Below are positions 17,060 through 26,206 of a stretch of 64,000 nucleotides of DNA, piece by piece (the first letter of the stretch is position 1; every line of letters starts with the position of its first letter). Made by a program: the position numbers and the translations under genes. The stretch spans positions 19,710-83,709 of the forward strand of contig CAMCVI010000002.1 of the NCBI GenBank assembly GCA_945881885.1, in the 5' to 3' direction. This DNA is from Chryseobacterium gleum. Its GTDB lineage: Bacteria > Bacteroidota > Bacteroidia > Flavobacteriales > Flavobacteriaceae. The notes below the pieces were generated by a model. The model worked only from the letters and a program-made list of their open reading frames with translations, searched no databases and was not told where the DNA came from.

Positions 17060-18139
17060 ATGCAAAAAATTATTTTGTACATCAGTATGGCGTTACTAAC
17101 ATTGGTAAATAGTGTTGTAGCGCAGGAAAAAACGTTTGAACAAAAAGCAAAAGAAATTGCTGTTCAAATAAAAACTATTGCTGAAGAAGAAAAAAGAGCC
17201 TTAAAAGCTGAGGTTGAAGCCCTTGACAAAGCAGTAGAATTAGGTAAAATGACTAAAGAAGAAGCAAAAACTTCAAAAGCAAAAATTGCAGAAGAACGAG
17301 CTAAAAACATTGAAACGAAAATTGCCTTACAAGAAAAAGCATTACGAGATTTAGTTAATGGAAATGTAAATGTGGAAGAATCTAATGATGGTTTGAAAGA
17401 AAATAGCTTTGTCATATCTAAAGATAGTTTGAAAAAAAACAGCTTTACTATTGATGGTAGTTTCAAAAGCAAAAACTACGACAAAAATAAGTCAGAAAAT
17501 AGAACCACAAGTCAGGCTGTTCTTGCTACAGGTTCTAACAACTTAGTAACCAATGATATGATAGCCAATTCTCAATTTGGTTATGGCCGTTCTATATTTT
17601 CGGAATTTGGTATTACTTTGAACACACGTCTATCAAACAACAGTAATTTATTGCATTTAAAATACGGGGCTAGTTTTATGTACAACCACCTACACGCTAC
17701 AAATAATAGGGTTTTTGCAGACATTAATAATCAAACAATTTTAGTAGATGCTGGTGTAGAAACAAAAGCCAACAGAACGTATTTTAAAAATGTTTATTTT
17801 GTAGTACCGATGCATTTAGAATTTGATTTTTCAAAAACAAAAATAGTGGATGACAAAAAAGTATTCAAATCGCATACAGGAGCACGTTTTGGAATAGGTG
17901 GTTTTGTAGGTGTAAATACCAACTCAAAACAATTTATAGAATACGAACAAAACGGGTATAAATTTAAAGAACTACAAAAAGGCGATTTCAATGTAAATGA
18001 TTTTACTTATGGTGTAAGTACTTACATTGGTTACAGAGCTACTTCTTTATATTTAAAATACGATTTAAACCCAATTTTTAAAAACAATCCAGTGGATCAA
18101 AACAATATTTCATTAGGTATTCGTTTTGATTGGAATTAA
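17060..18139 (+). CDS. Secreted protein: coiled-coil N-terminal part plus predicted outer-membrane beta-barrel
   Basis: Signal peptide; Lys/Glu/Ala-rich heptad-like region; C-terminal half has alternating hydrophobic strands ending ISLGIRFDWN. Confidence 0.55.
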   Translation: MQKIILYISMALLTLVNSVVAQEKTFEQKAKEIAVQIKTIAEEEKRALKAEVEALDKAVELGKMTKEEAKTSKAKIAEERAKNIETKIALQEKALRDLVNGNVNVEESNDGLKENSFVISKDSLKKNSFTIDGSFKSKNYDKNKSENRTTSQAVLATGSNNLVTNDMIANSQFGYGRSIFSEFGITLNTRLSNNSNLLHLKYGASFMYNHLHATNNRVFADINNQTILVDAGVETKANRTYFKNVYFVVPMHLEFDFSKTKIVDDKKVFKSHTGARFGIGGFVGVNTNSKQFIEYEQNGYKFKELQKGDFNVNDFTYGVSTYIGYRATSLYLKYDLNPIFKNNPVDQNNISLGIRFDWN

Positions 18140-18180
18140 AAAATAGCATAAAATTTGAGTTATAAAAATGCTTTTCTAAA

Positions 18181-18212
18181 ACCTACATGGAATTTTCTTG
18201 TAGGTTTTTTTT
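18181..18212 (+). terminator. Rho-independent terminator after the ECF operon
   Basis: ACCTACA / TGTAGGT stem, 11-nt loop, T8 run. Confidence 0.75.
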
Positions 18213-18260
18213 ATGTTTTTAAATATTGTATTTTTACAAGCTAAAATCAAATTTTAAAAA

Positions 18261-20240
18261 TTGATATCAAAAGAAACCATAGAAAAAGTATTTGACCAAG
18301 CTCGTGTAGAGGAGGTCATTGGCGATTTCGTACAACTCAAACGTTCCGGAAGTAATATGAAAGGACTTTCGCCGTTTGTGAACGAAAAATCGCCTTCCTT
18401 TATGGTATCGCCAGTGAAACAAATTTGGAAAGATTTTAGTTCTGGAAAAGGCGGAAATTCGGTTACTTTCTTGATGGAACACGAACATTTTACATATCCA
18501 GAAGCCATAAAATATTTGGCCAACAAATACGGAATTGAAGTAGAAGAAACCATTGTTTCTAATGAAGATATAGAACAAGCAAACGAAAAAGAAAGTATGT
18601 ATTTGGTCTCGGAATTTGCTCGAGATTATTTCCATAAAACGATGCTGAATACAGATGAAGGCCAAGCAATTGGTTTGTCTTATTTTAAAGAACGTGGATT
18701 TACAAAAGAGACTATCGAGAAATTTCAATTGGGATACTCACCTGATATTTGGGATGCGTTTACCAAAGAAGCCTTAGGAAAAGCATACAAATTAGAATAT
18801 TTAGAAAAAACGGGGCTAACCATCGTAAAACAAGAAGACGGAAAAACATTTGACCGATTTAAAGGCCGTGTCATGTTTCCTATCCAAAGTATGAGTGGCC
18901 GCGTTTTAGGGTTTGGCGGTAGAATTTTAACTAATGATAAAAAAGCAGCCAAATATTTAAACTCGCCAGAAAGCGAAATTTATCATAAAAGTAAAGTTTT
19001 ATACGGCATTTTTCAAGCCAAACAAGCTATTGCCAAGCAAGACAATTGCTATTTGGTAGAAGGTTATACCGATGTGATTCAGTTTAATCAAAGTGGGATT
19101 GAAAATGTTGTTGCATCTTCTGGAACGGCATTAACACCGGACCAAATTCGTTTGGTAAACCGATTAACCAATAATATTACCGTACTTTTTGATGGTGATG
19201 CGGCTGGTTTACGCGCTTCTATTCGTGGAATCGATTTGATTTTGGAAGCTGGAATGAACGTAAAAGTTTGCAGTTTCCCTGATGGAGAAGACCCAGATAG
19301 TTTTGCCAAAAACAATTCATATGAGGTTTTAAAACAGTATTTAGACGAAAATTCGAAAGATTTCATTCAGTTTAAAGCCGATTTATTAGTTAAAGAAGCC
19401 AATAACGACCCCATAAAAAAAGCAGAATTAATTAGAGATATGGTGCAAAGTATTTCTAAAATTTCAGACCAAATTAAAAGGGAAGTTTACATAAAAGAAT
19501 GTTCGCGGATTATGGATATTTCGGAAGACGTATTGTATAATACGTTAGCTCAAATGCTTAAGAAAGATATTTCTGAAGCCAATAAAAAATTTACTGAAGA
19601 GAAAAAAGCATTTGAAGTTCATAAAAATAATGCTGATTTTAAACCTGAAAAAATTGATATTTTATACGAGTTAGAACAAAAAATTATTGAAATATTATTA
19701 ATTAACGGTTCTAAAACGGATGATTTTACAGAAACATTTTTATCAAAAGACGAAGCAGGGACCATTTTAGAAGTCAAAGAAACCAACACTTATAAAGTAT
19801 ACGAAAAAATATATTTGGCACTTCAAGAGGATGAAATTGAGTTGTCAAATCCAATGTTTAAAACCATTTATACGGATATTATTAATTACTATAATCAAAA
19901 TATCGAATTTGAAATTGACAAATACATTTCGCAAACTTCTCCAGAAATAGCCAATAAAATTACTTCTATTTTAATGCTTGAAGAACGAGATATTTTACAC
20001 AAATGGGAAAGTAGAAAAATTGTAGTTGAAGATAAAAATATTAATTTAGCACAAAGTGTAAACGAAACCATTTTGTCTTACCGTTGGTATTTGCTAAACA
20101 ATATTATTGAAGAAAATAAAAACAACATAACTGCTGATGTTACCATTGATAACTCAGAAATTCTCTCTACTATTAAAGATTATTTATCGTTAACTTCAGT
20201 AATCGCAAAAAATTTAGGTCGCGTTTTAGCTCGATTTTAA
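18261..20240 (+). CDS. dnaG: DNA primase
   Basis: 659 aa. The TTG start gives the family-typical MISKETIEKVF...EEVIGDFV. Zinc-finger region, TOPRIM (VEGYTDV, LFDGDAAG). Confidence 0.95.
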   Translation: MISKETIEKVFDQARVEEVIGDFVQLKRSGSNMKGLSPFVNEKSPSFMVSPVKQIWKDFSSGKGGNSVTFLMEHEHFTYPEAIKYLANKYGIEVEETIVSNEDIEQANEKESMYLVSEFARDYFHKTMLNTDEGQAIGLSYFKERGFTKETIEKFQLGYSPDIWDAFTKEALGKAYKLEYLEKTGLTIVKQEDGKTFDRFKGRVMFPIQSMSGRVLGFGGRILTNDKKAAKYLNSPESEIYHKSKVLYGIFQAKQAIAKQDNCYLVEGYTDVIQFNQSGIENVVASSGTALTPDQIRLVNRLTNNITVLFDGDAAGLRASIRGIDLILEAGMNVKVCSFPDGEDPDSFAKNNSYEVLKQYLDENSKDFIQFKADLLVKEANNDPIKKAELIRDMVQSISKISDQIKREVYIKECSRIMDISEDVLYNTLAQMLKKDISEANKKFTEEKKAFEVHKNNADFKPEKIDILYELEQKIIEILLINGSKTDDFTETFLSKDEAGTILEVKETNTYKVYEKIYLALQEDEIELSNPMFKTIYTDIINYYNQNIEFEIDKYISQTSPEIANKITSILMLEERDILHKWESRKIVVEDKNINLAQSVNETILSYRWYLLNNIIEENKNNITADVTIDNSEILSTIKDYLSLTSVIAKNLGRVLARF

Positions 20241-20248
20241 ACTAAAAT

Positions 20249-21058
20249 TTAGTTTTTCAAAGATTTTGGAATTTCACAAACCGGAATGGGTTGCATTTTA
20301 TGTTGATTTATAGTATTTAATCGTTGGTAAATTTTAAATACTTCCGCTTGTCTGCCAACAAAATTTTCAATAGTTTTTCCATTTTCCATTGCTTCCATCG
20401 CCCACTCTAATTCGTCATAAGTAGTGCCTAATTGGTCTTCATCACTTCTATCATCACCGAAAAGTCCATCTGTAGGTTTAGCCAAAATAATACTTTCAGG
20501 AACCCCCACAAATTTAGCCAATTGTCGCACTTCGCTTTTCATTAAATCAGCAATCGGACTTATATCTACGCCGCCATCACCATATTTTGTGTAAAATCCA
20601 ACGCCAAAATCTTCTACTTTATTTCCGGTTCCTGCCACTAAAAAACCGTGAATTCCTGCCAAATAATACAAAGTAGTCATTCGTAAACGCGCTCTGGTAT
20701 TGGCTAAAGTTAATGACAATGCAGTTTCATTTTCGCAAGTTGTTACGCTATTTTTAAATGTTTCAAAACTCGGAGTTAAATCTACTCTTTCGTTAAACAC
20801 ATTTGGAAAACGCGATTTTAATTGATATATATGTTCATTCGCTCTATTTACGTGACTTTCTGCTTGATGAATTGGCATTTCCACACACAAAACAGGAAAA
20901 CCCGTTTGTGCGCATAATGTTGAGGTTAAGGCGCTATCTATTCCGCCAGAAATTCCAATAACAAAACCTTTTACACCAGAATTTTCTGCATAAGTTTTCA
21001 ACCAATTGACAATATGTGTTTGAATTCCTTCTAAATGTAGCGTTGTTTTATTTGACAT
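20249..21058 (-). CDS. nadE: NH3-dependent NAD+ synthetase
   Basis: 269 aa; GISGGIDS PP-loop. Confidence 0.9.
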   Translation of the reverse strand: MSNKTTLHLEGIQTHIVNWLKTYAENSGVKGFVIGISGGIDSALTSTLCAQTGFPVLCVEMPIHQAESHVNRANEHIYQLKSRFPNVFNERVDLTPSFETFKNSVTTCENETALSLTLANTRARLRMTTLYYLAGIHGFLVAGTGNKVEDFGVGFYTKYGDGGVDISPIADLMKSEVRQLAKFVGVPESIILAKPTDGLFGDDRSDEDQLGTTYDELEWAMEAMENGKTIENFVGRQAEVFKIYQRLNTINQHKMQPIPVCEIPKSLKN

Positions 21059-21089
21059 AATTTTAATAAATAATTTAGGTATATAATTA

Positions 21090-21097
21090 TATATTTG
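21090..21097 (+). promoter_or_regulatory. Candidate -7 box for gldB
   Basis: TATATTTG, 40 nt before the ATG at 21138. Confidence 0.5.
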
Positions 21098-21137
21098 CAG
21101 TTCAGTAATTTTTGATAAAAATAGTAAATTTCATACG

Positions 21138-22100
21138 ATGAAAAAATTAATCTTCTTGCTAATTTCAGTTTTTTGCTTCCTACAATGTAAAAAAAATGAT
21201 GCCATTGAAATTGTAGATATCAAAAAAACAATAGATTTAGATATCGAACGTTTCGATAAATCTTATGCTGCGGCTACTCAAAAAACTTTACCCGATTTAA
21301 AAAAACAATATCCATTTTTATTTCCAACGCAATTTCCAGATTCAATTTGGCATGCCAAACTAAATGATCCAATTTTTAAAGAATTAAATGTAGAAGTTAC
21401 TAAACAATTTCCAGACAATTCAAAATTTGAAAGTGGCATTGAAATGCTGGTTTCGCGAATTAAACATTATTTTCCTGAAGAAAAAACACCAAGAGTAATT
21501 ACATTGGTTAATGAAGTTTTAATTGATAAAAAAGCATTTTACACCAACGATTTAATCTTAATTTCTTTAGATACCTATTTAGGAAAAAATCATAAATTTT
21601 ATGAACCATTTTCCGAATATCAGAAAGCCAACTTAGAACCACATCAAATATTACCGGATTTAGCAACTAATTTTGCGTACAGAAAAATTGTGCCTTCGCA
21701 AGACAAAACTTTAATAAGTGAAATGATTTATTATGGAAAATTACATTATTTAAAAGATCTTTTACTTCCTGAAACGCCTAATTATCAAAAAATTGGATAT
21801 ACCGAACTGCAAGAAAAATTCTGTTTAGAAAACGAATTGCAAATGTGGAGTTATTTGGTTGAGGAAAAATTGCTTTATGATAACAACATAAAAAATTACC
21901 AACGGTTTATTGAAGATGCTCCATTTACTAAATTCTATTTGGAAATAGATAAAGAATCTCCCGGAAGAATTGGCCAGTGGTTGGGTTGGCAAATTGTAAA
22001 AAGTTACATGGAAAATAATGAAGTAACTTTAGACCAATTATTAAAAACAGAACCAACTACGATTTTTAACAAATCGAAATACAAACCAAAAAAACAGTAA
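21138..22100 (+). CDS. gldB: Gliding motility lipoprotein GldB
   Basis: 320 aa; lipobox FCFLQC. Divergent from nadE and followed by gldC, as in Flavobacterium johnsoniae (recalled). Confidence 0.85.
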   Translation: MKKLIFLLISVFCFLQCKKNDAIEIVDIKKTIDLDIERFDKSYAAATQKTLPDLKKQYPFLFPTQFPDSIWHAKLNDPIFKELNVEVTKQFPDNSKFESGIEMLVSRIKHYFPEEKTPRVITLVNEVLIDKKAFYTNDLILISLDTYLGKNHKFYEPFSEYQKANLEPHQILPDLATNFAYRKIVPSQDKTLISEMIYYGKLHYLKDLLLPETPNYQKIGYTELQEKFCLENELQMWSYLVEEKLLYDNNIKNYQRFIEDAPFTKFYLEIDKESPGRIGQWLGWQIVKSYMENNEVTLDQLLKTEPTTIFNKSKYKPKKQ

Positions 22101-22128
22101 GTGGCATACTGTTATTTTTCACTTTAAA

Positions 22129-22158
22129 CCCTTTACCCAAAACCTTTTACCAAAAAAA
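22129..22158 (+). repeat. Direct word repeat in the gldC leader (CCCTTTACCC-AAAA / CCTTTTACC-AAAAAAA)
   Basis: Read directly; ends at the gldC ATG. Confidence 0.8.
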
Positions 22159-22491
22159 ATGAGCAAAACATCAGAAATAAAAGTAATTATAGACTTAGAC
22201 CAAAATAATGTACCGGAAAAATTAACTTGGTCAGCACAAGACGGCGGCGTAAATAACGAAGAAGCTAAAACAGTTTTGTTATCCATTTGGGATGCGAAAG
22301 CAAAAGAAACCCTTCGTATTGATTTATGGACAAAAGACATGCCCGTTGATGAAATGAAAATCTTTTTTCATCAAACTTTAGTCGCCATGACCGATACCTT
22401 TCAACGTGCAACTGGGGACGAAAAAATGACAGGTGCCATGACGGATTTTTGTGATTACTTTGCCGAAAAACTCGAATTAAAGAAAGAATAA
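22159..22491 (+). CDS. gldC: Gliding motility protein GldC
   Basis: 110 aa; KLTWSAQDGG...LLSIWD...LRIDLWTKDMPVDEM matches the GldC family as recalled. Confidence 0.85.
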   Translation: MSKTSEIKVIIDLDQNNVPEKLTWSAQDGGVNNEEAKTVLLSIWDAKAKETLRIDLWTKDMPVDEMKIFFHQTLVAMTDTFQRATGDEKMTGAMTDFCDYFAEKLELKKE

Positions 22492-22684
22492 TTTTAAAAG
22501 ATAATTCAGCCATACAAAACTCGGAAGAGCGACTTTTTCAAATGGGAGAAAGTTCTTTATTTTTAATAAATACACGTGAAAACAATTTAGTTTTAGCACA
22601 ATTGTCAAAAATTTTAATTGAAAACAGGTTTTACATTTCAAATGCGGATTTATATAAAACAATAGCCAATCCAAATTAATTATT

Positions 22685-22692
22685 TACTTTTG
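22685..22692 (+). promoter_or_regulatory. Candidate -7 box for map
   Basis: TACTTTTG, 19 nt before the ATG at 22712. Confidence 0.5.
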
Positions 22693-22711
22693 TTGTCTCA
22701 ATTTCAAGAAG

Positions 22712-23530
22712 ATGATTATTATAAAAACCGCAGAAGAAATAGAATTAATGCGCGAAAGTGCCCTAATTGTTTCCAAAACTTTAGGCATGATTGCAAAGGA
22801 AATAAAACCCGGAGTTACCACACTACATTTAGATAAATTAGCAGAACAATTTATTCGCGACCACGGCGCAGAACCAGCATTTAAAGGCATGTATGGTTTT
22901 CCAAATTCGTTATGTATGAGCCCTAATACACAAGTAGTTCATGGTATTCCAAATAATATTCCTTTGCAAGATGGCGACATTATTTCTGTAGATTGCGGTA
23001 CGTTAAAAAACGGATTTTACGGAGACCACGCTTATACTTTTGAAGTGGGTGAAGTGGCTGAGGCAACTAAAAAACTACTTCAAATTACCAAAGATTCCTT
23101 ATATATAGGCATTAGAGAAACAAAAGTAGGCAATCGTGTGGAAGATATTGGATATGCCATTCAAACGTATTGTGAAAGTCATGGTTATGGTGTAGTTCGT
23201 GAACTATGCGGACATGGTTTAGGTAGAAAAATGCATGAAGAGCCAGAAGTAGCAAATTATGGCAAACGTGGGCATGGAAAAAAATTAGTCAACGGCATGG
23301 TAATTGCTATTGAACCAATGATAAATTTAGGCACCAAAAATATCGTTCAGCACAAAGATGGCTGGACAATTACTACAGCTGACAACAAACCTTCCGCACA
23401 CTTTGAACATGATGTAGCCATAGTAAACGGAAAACCAGAATTACTTTCTACTTTCGCATACATTTATGAAGCTTTGGGAATTGTAAGTAATGAAGAAGAC
23501 GGGTTGAGAAGCGTGGCTTTAGTTTTATAA
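22712..23530 (+). CDS. map: Type I methionine aminopeptidase
   Basis: 272 aa; VVHGIP, DCG, GHGLG and IEPM metal-ligand regions. Confidence 0.95.
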   Translation: MIIIKTAEEIELMRESALIVSKTLGMIAKEIKPGVTTLHLDKLAEQFIRDHGAEPAFKGMYGFPNSLCMSPNTQVVHGIPNNIPLQDGDIISVDCGTLKNGFYGDHAYTFEVGEVAEATKKLLQITKDSLYIGIRETKVGNRVEDIGYAIQTYCESHGYGVVRELCGHGLGRKMHEEPEVANYGKRGHGKKLVNGMVIAIEPMINLGTKNIVQHKDGWTITTADNKPSAHFEHDVAIVNGKPELLSTFAYIYEALGIVSNEEDGLRSVALVL

Positions 23531-23598
23531 AAGTTTACTTAGGCTAAAAACTCTAAATGATGTCATTATTCTTGAAGCGCTCAACATAAATATAAAAA

Positions 23599-24369
23599 AT
23601 GAAAAGAATTTTCAAATTTATACTGAATACCATTCCGCGTCCTATCTTAATTAGATTAAGTATTGTGGCACGACCAATTATCGCTTTTTTTTTAAAAGGA
23701 AATAAATTTACGGATCCAATTGATGGAAATAGTTTTAAGATGTTTTTACCTTACGGATATGGCACGCAAAGAAACAACGTATTATCTCCTAGTACTTTAT
23801 CATTAGAAAGACACCGTTTGTTATGGTTGTATCTTCAAAATGAAACCAACTTTTTCAAGTCAACAGAAAAAATAAAAGTGCTACATTTCGCACCTGAACA
23901 AGAATTTTACAAACGCTTTAAAAAACAAGCTAATTTAGATTACACTACAACCGATTTACTTTCGCCATTGGCTGATGTAAAAGCAGATATTTGTAATTTG
24001 CCGTTTCAAGATAATACATATGATATGATTTTGTGCAATCACGTTTTAGAACACATTCCCGATGACACCAAAGCGATGCAAGAATTGTACAGAGTTATGA
24101 AACCGGGCGGCATGGGAATTTTTCAAATTCCACAGGACTTAAAAAGAGCCGTTACGTTTTCAGATGATACTATTACCGATCAAAAAGAACGCGCTAAAAT
24201 TTTCGGACAATATGATCACGTTCGCGTATATGGAAGAGATTATTTTGACAAATTAAGAAGCATTGGTTTCCGTGTAGAAGAAGTAGATTATACAAATACA
24301 ATTCCTTCTGATTTAGTTGAAAAATATTGTTTAGCAAAAGGTGAAATTATTCCTGTGGTTTATAAATAA
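23599..24369 (+). CDS. Class I SAM-dependent methyltransferase
   Basis: 256 aa; VLHFAPE and ILCNHVLEHIPDD...LYRVMKPGG are type-11 methyltransferase motifs. Confidence 0.8.
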   Translation: MKRIFKFILNTIPRPILIRLSIVARPIIAFFLKGNKFTDPIDGNSFKMFLPYGYGTQRNNVLSPSTLSLERHRLLWLYLQNETNFFKSTEKIKVLHFAPEQEFYKRFKKQANLDYTTTDLLSPLADVKADICNLPFQDNTYDMILCNHVLEHIPDDTKAMQELYRVMKPGGMGIFQIPQDLKRAVTFSDDTITDQKERAKIFGQYDHVRVYGRDYFDKLRSIGFRVEEVDYTNTIPSDLVEKYCLAKGEIIPVVYK

Positions 24370-24417
24370 TTATATTTAGATTAGTTTTTATATCTTTATG
24401 AATTGAAAATAAAATCT

Positions 24418-25659
24418 ATGAAGCATTTTTTAAAAATCATAACCATATTGGTTACCACTTTCGTGTTTTCGCAAGAAAAAGAAGTCGTACCACCATACAA
24501 TTTAAAAACGATTACTTTTTCGCAAAATGTAAACAATACAATTCCGTTTTTTAGATTAGGCGAAAATTTCGATTTGCAATTTGATGATTTATATGGTAAC
24601 GAAGCGGATTATTTTTATACAATTGAACAATACAATTACGATTGGACACCAAGTCAATTGCTTAAAAATGAATATTTAAATGGGTTAGACAACCAACGTA
24701 TTCAAAATTATCAAAACTCGTTAAATTGTTTGCAAATTTATTCTCATTACACCTTGAGTTTTCCAAATAAATTCAATCAAATTATTAAAAGCGGTAATTA
24801 TATTGTAAAAATTTTCGATGAAGATCAAGAAATTGTATTTTCAAAAAAATTCATTATTTACGAAGACGATACCGCTGTTGGCATAACTATCAGACGTTCT
24901 CGTGATATGGAAACAGTGAATAAAAAACAAAATATTGAGTTTTTTATCGATTATAAAGACAAACCATTACAAAACCCGAAGGAAAACGTAAAAGTTTCTA
25001 TTTTTCAAAATGGAAAATTAAATTCGGCTATTCATAACATCAAACCACAATATACCATTGGCACACAGCTTATTTACAGATACAACAAAGAAACCCAATT
25101 TTGGGCAGGAAATGAATTTTTAAATTTCGAAAATAAAAATATTCGTGGCGCTTCTAACTCAGTTTTTAAAGTGACTTCTGGAGATGTTTACAATACCATT
25201 TTATTTACAAACGAAGAAAGAAAAAATAGAGTTTACACTTATTTTCCTGATGTTAATGGTAACTTTTTTGTAAATAATTTGAATGCCACGCAAAACACGA
25301 TTGAAGCCGACTATAGTTGGGTCTACTTTGGTTTGGCTACTGATATAAATCCGTTAGAAAAAGCAATTTATGTTACTGGAATGTTTAACAATTATCAAAT
25401 TTCTGATGAATTTAAAATGGAATACAGTTCCGAAACCAAAACCTTTGAAAAACCTATTTTATTAAAACAAGGATTTACCAATTATCAATACACTTTAGTA
25501 GATAAAACCGGAAAAATTGATGAACAAAACGCCATTGACGGAAATTTTTATCTAACAGAAAACGATTATATTGTTTTAGTATATTACCGAGGTGGCGCTG
25601 AACGTTACGACAGAATTATAGGTATTGGAAGAGCCAATAGTACTGATATTAAAAATTAA
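24418..25659 (+). CDS. T9SS plug-like protein (DUF5103 / T9SS_plug_1st family, recalled)
   Basis: Start at the ATG giving MKHFLKIITILVTTFVFSQ. FDLQFDDLYGNEADYFYTIEQYNYDWTPSQL resembles the family signature. Confidence 0.6.
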   Translation: MKHFLKIITILVTTFVFSQEKEVVPPYNLKTITFSQNVNNTIPFFRLGENFDLQFDDLYGNEADYFYTIEQYNYDWTPSQLLKNEYLNGLDNQRIQNYQNSLNCLQIYSHYTLSFPNKFNQIIKSGNYIVKIFDEDQEIVFSKKFIIYEDDTAVGITIRRSRDMETVNKKQNIEFFIDYKDKPLQNPKENVKVSIFQNGKLNSAIHNIKPQYTIGTQLIYRYNKETQFWAGNEFLNFENKNIRGASNSVFKVTSGDVYNTILFTNEERKNRVYTYFPDVNGNFFVNNLNATQNTIEADYSWVYFGLATDINPLEKAIYVTGMFNNYQISDEFKMEYSSETKTFEKPILLKQGFTNYQYTLVDKTGKIDEQNAIDGNFYLTENDYIVLVYYRGGAERYDRIIGIGRANSTDIKN

Positions 25660-25703
25660 TTAATTTGCATTTTTAAACCTTCAGATTTAACAAAAAATTC
25701 AAT

Positions 25704-26090
25704 ATGACTACTCAAATCACAAGTAATATTAAAATTTCGGTGAGTACTAGTTACGAAGGTACTTATTATAAAGCGGATCAAATGCTCTATGCCTTTTCTT
25801 ATCAAATTACTATTGAAAATTTAAGTTCGGATTTGGTCCAATTGCAAACCCGTCATTGGAATATTTTCGATTCATTAAATGATATTGAAACTGTAGACGG
25901 CGATGGCGTAGTAGGACAAACACCTATAATTGTTCCTGGCGAAAAATATATTTATTCCTCAGGTTGTATGTTAAAAGGTACTTTAGGCGCAATGAATGGA
26001 TATTATACCATGGCGAATTTTTCAAACAATACTATTTTCAAGGTGCAAATTCCAACCTTTAAATTAATAGTTCCTTTTGCGATAAATTAA
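25704..26090 (+). CDS. apaG: ApaG (DUF525) protein
   Basis: 128 aa; YAFSYQITIENLSSDLVQLQTRHWNIFD...GDGVVGQTP. Confidence 0.85.
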   Translation: MTTQITSNIKISVSTSYEGTYYKADQMLYAFSYQITIENLSSDLVQLQTRHWNIFDSLNDIETVDGDGVVGQTPIIVPGEKYIYSSGCMLKGTLGAMNGYYTMANFSNNTIFKVQIPTFKLIVPFAIN

Positions 26091-26144
26091 ACTAAACCTA
26101 ATCTTCCGAAGAATAATTTATTTTAAAATTCAATTAATCCTTTG

Positions 26145-26152
26145 TACTTTTG
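26145..26152 (+). promoter_or_regulatory. Candidate -7 box for pruA
   Basis: TACTTTTG, 54 nt before the ATG at 26207. Confidence 0.5.
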
Positions 26153-26182
26153 TTTACGTTTTTTATCTAAAAATCTAATTTG

Positions 26183-26206
26183 TCTAATAATCTAATAATC
26201 TAATAA
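26183..26206 (+). repeat. TCTAATAA x3 perfect tandem repeat abutting the pruA ATG
   Basis: Copies at 26183, 26191 and 26199. Related ATCTAAAA and ATCTAATT copies at 26165 and 26173 put TCTAA every 8-9 nt, five times. Confidence 0.9.

Noticed and set aside
18267-18728. A 153-aa ORF antisense to dnaG. Similar antisense ORFs lie at 35653..36039 (mutS), 44835..45233 (fabD), 41562..41882, 27465..27779, 17164..17472 and 53384..53719.
   Set aside because: All lie fully inside strongly supported genes on the other strand. Their translations are low-complexity Phe/Ile/Lys/Ser-rich with no motifs, promoter box or terminator.
20238-20256. An AACTAAA/TTTAGTT hairpin between the convergent dnaG and nadE as a terminator.
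   Set aside because: It is a 6-bp stem, nearly all A/T with a single C-G pair, with a 3-nt loop. That is too weak to call.
22477-22674. A 65-aa minus-strand ORF in the gldC-map gap.
   Set aside because: It has no promoter box or terminator and a low-complexity Leu/Phe/Lys composition. It would be the only minus-strand gene in a plus-strand run.
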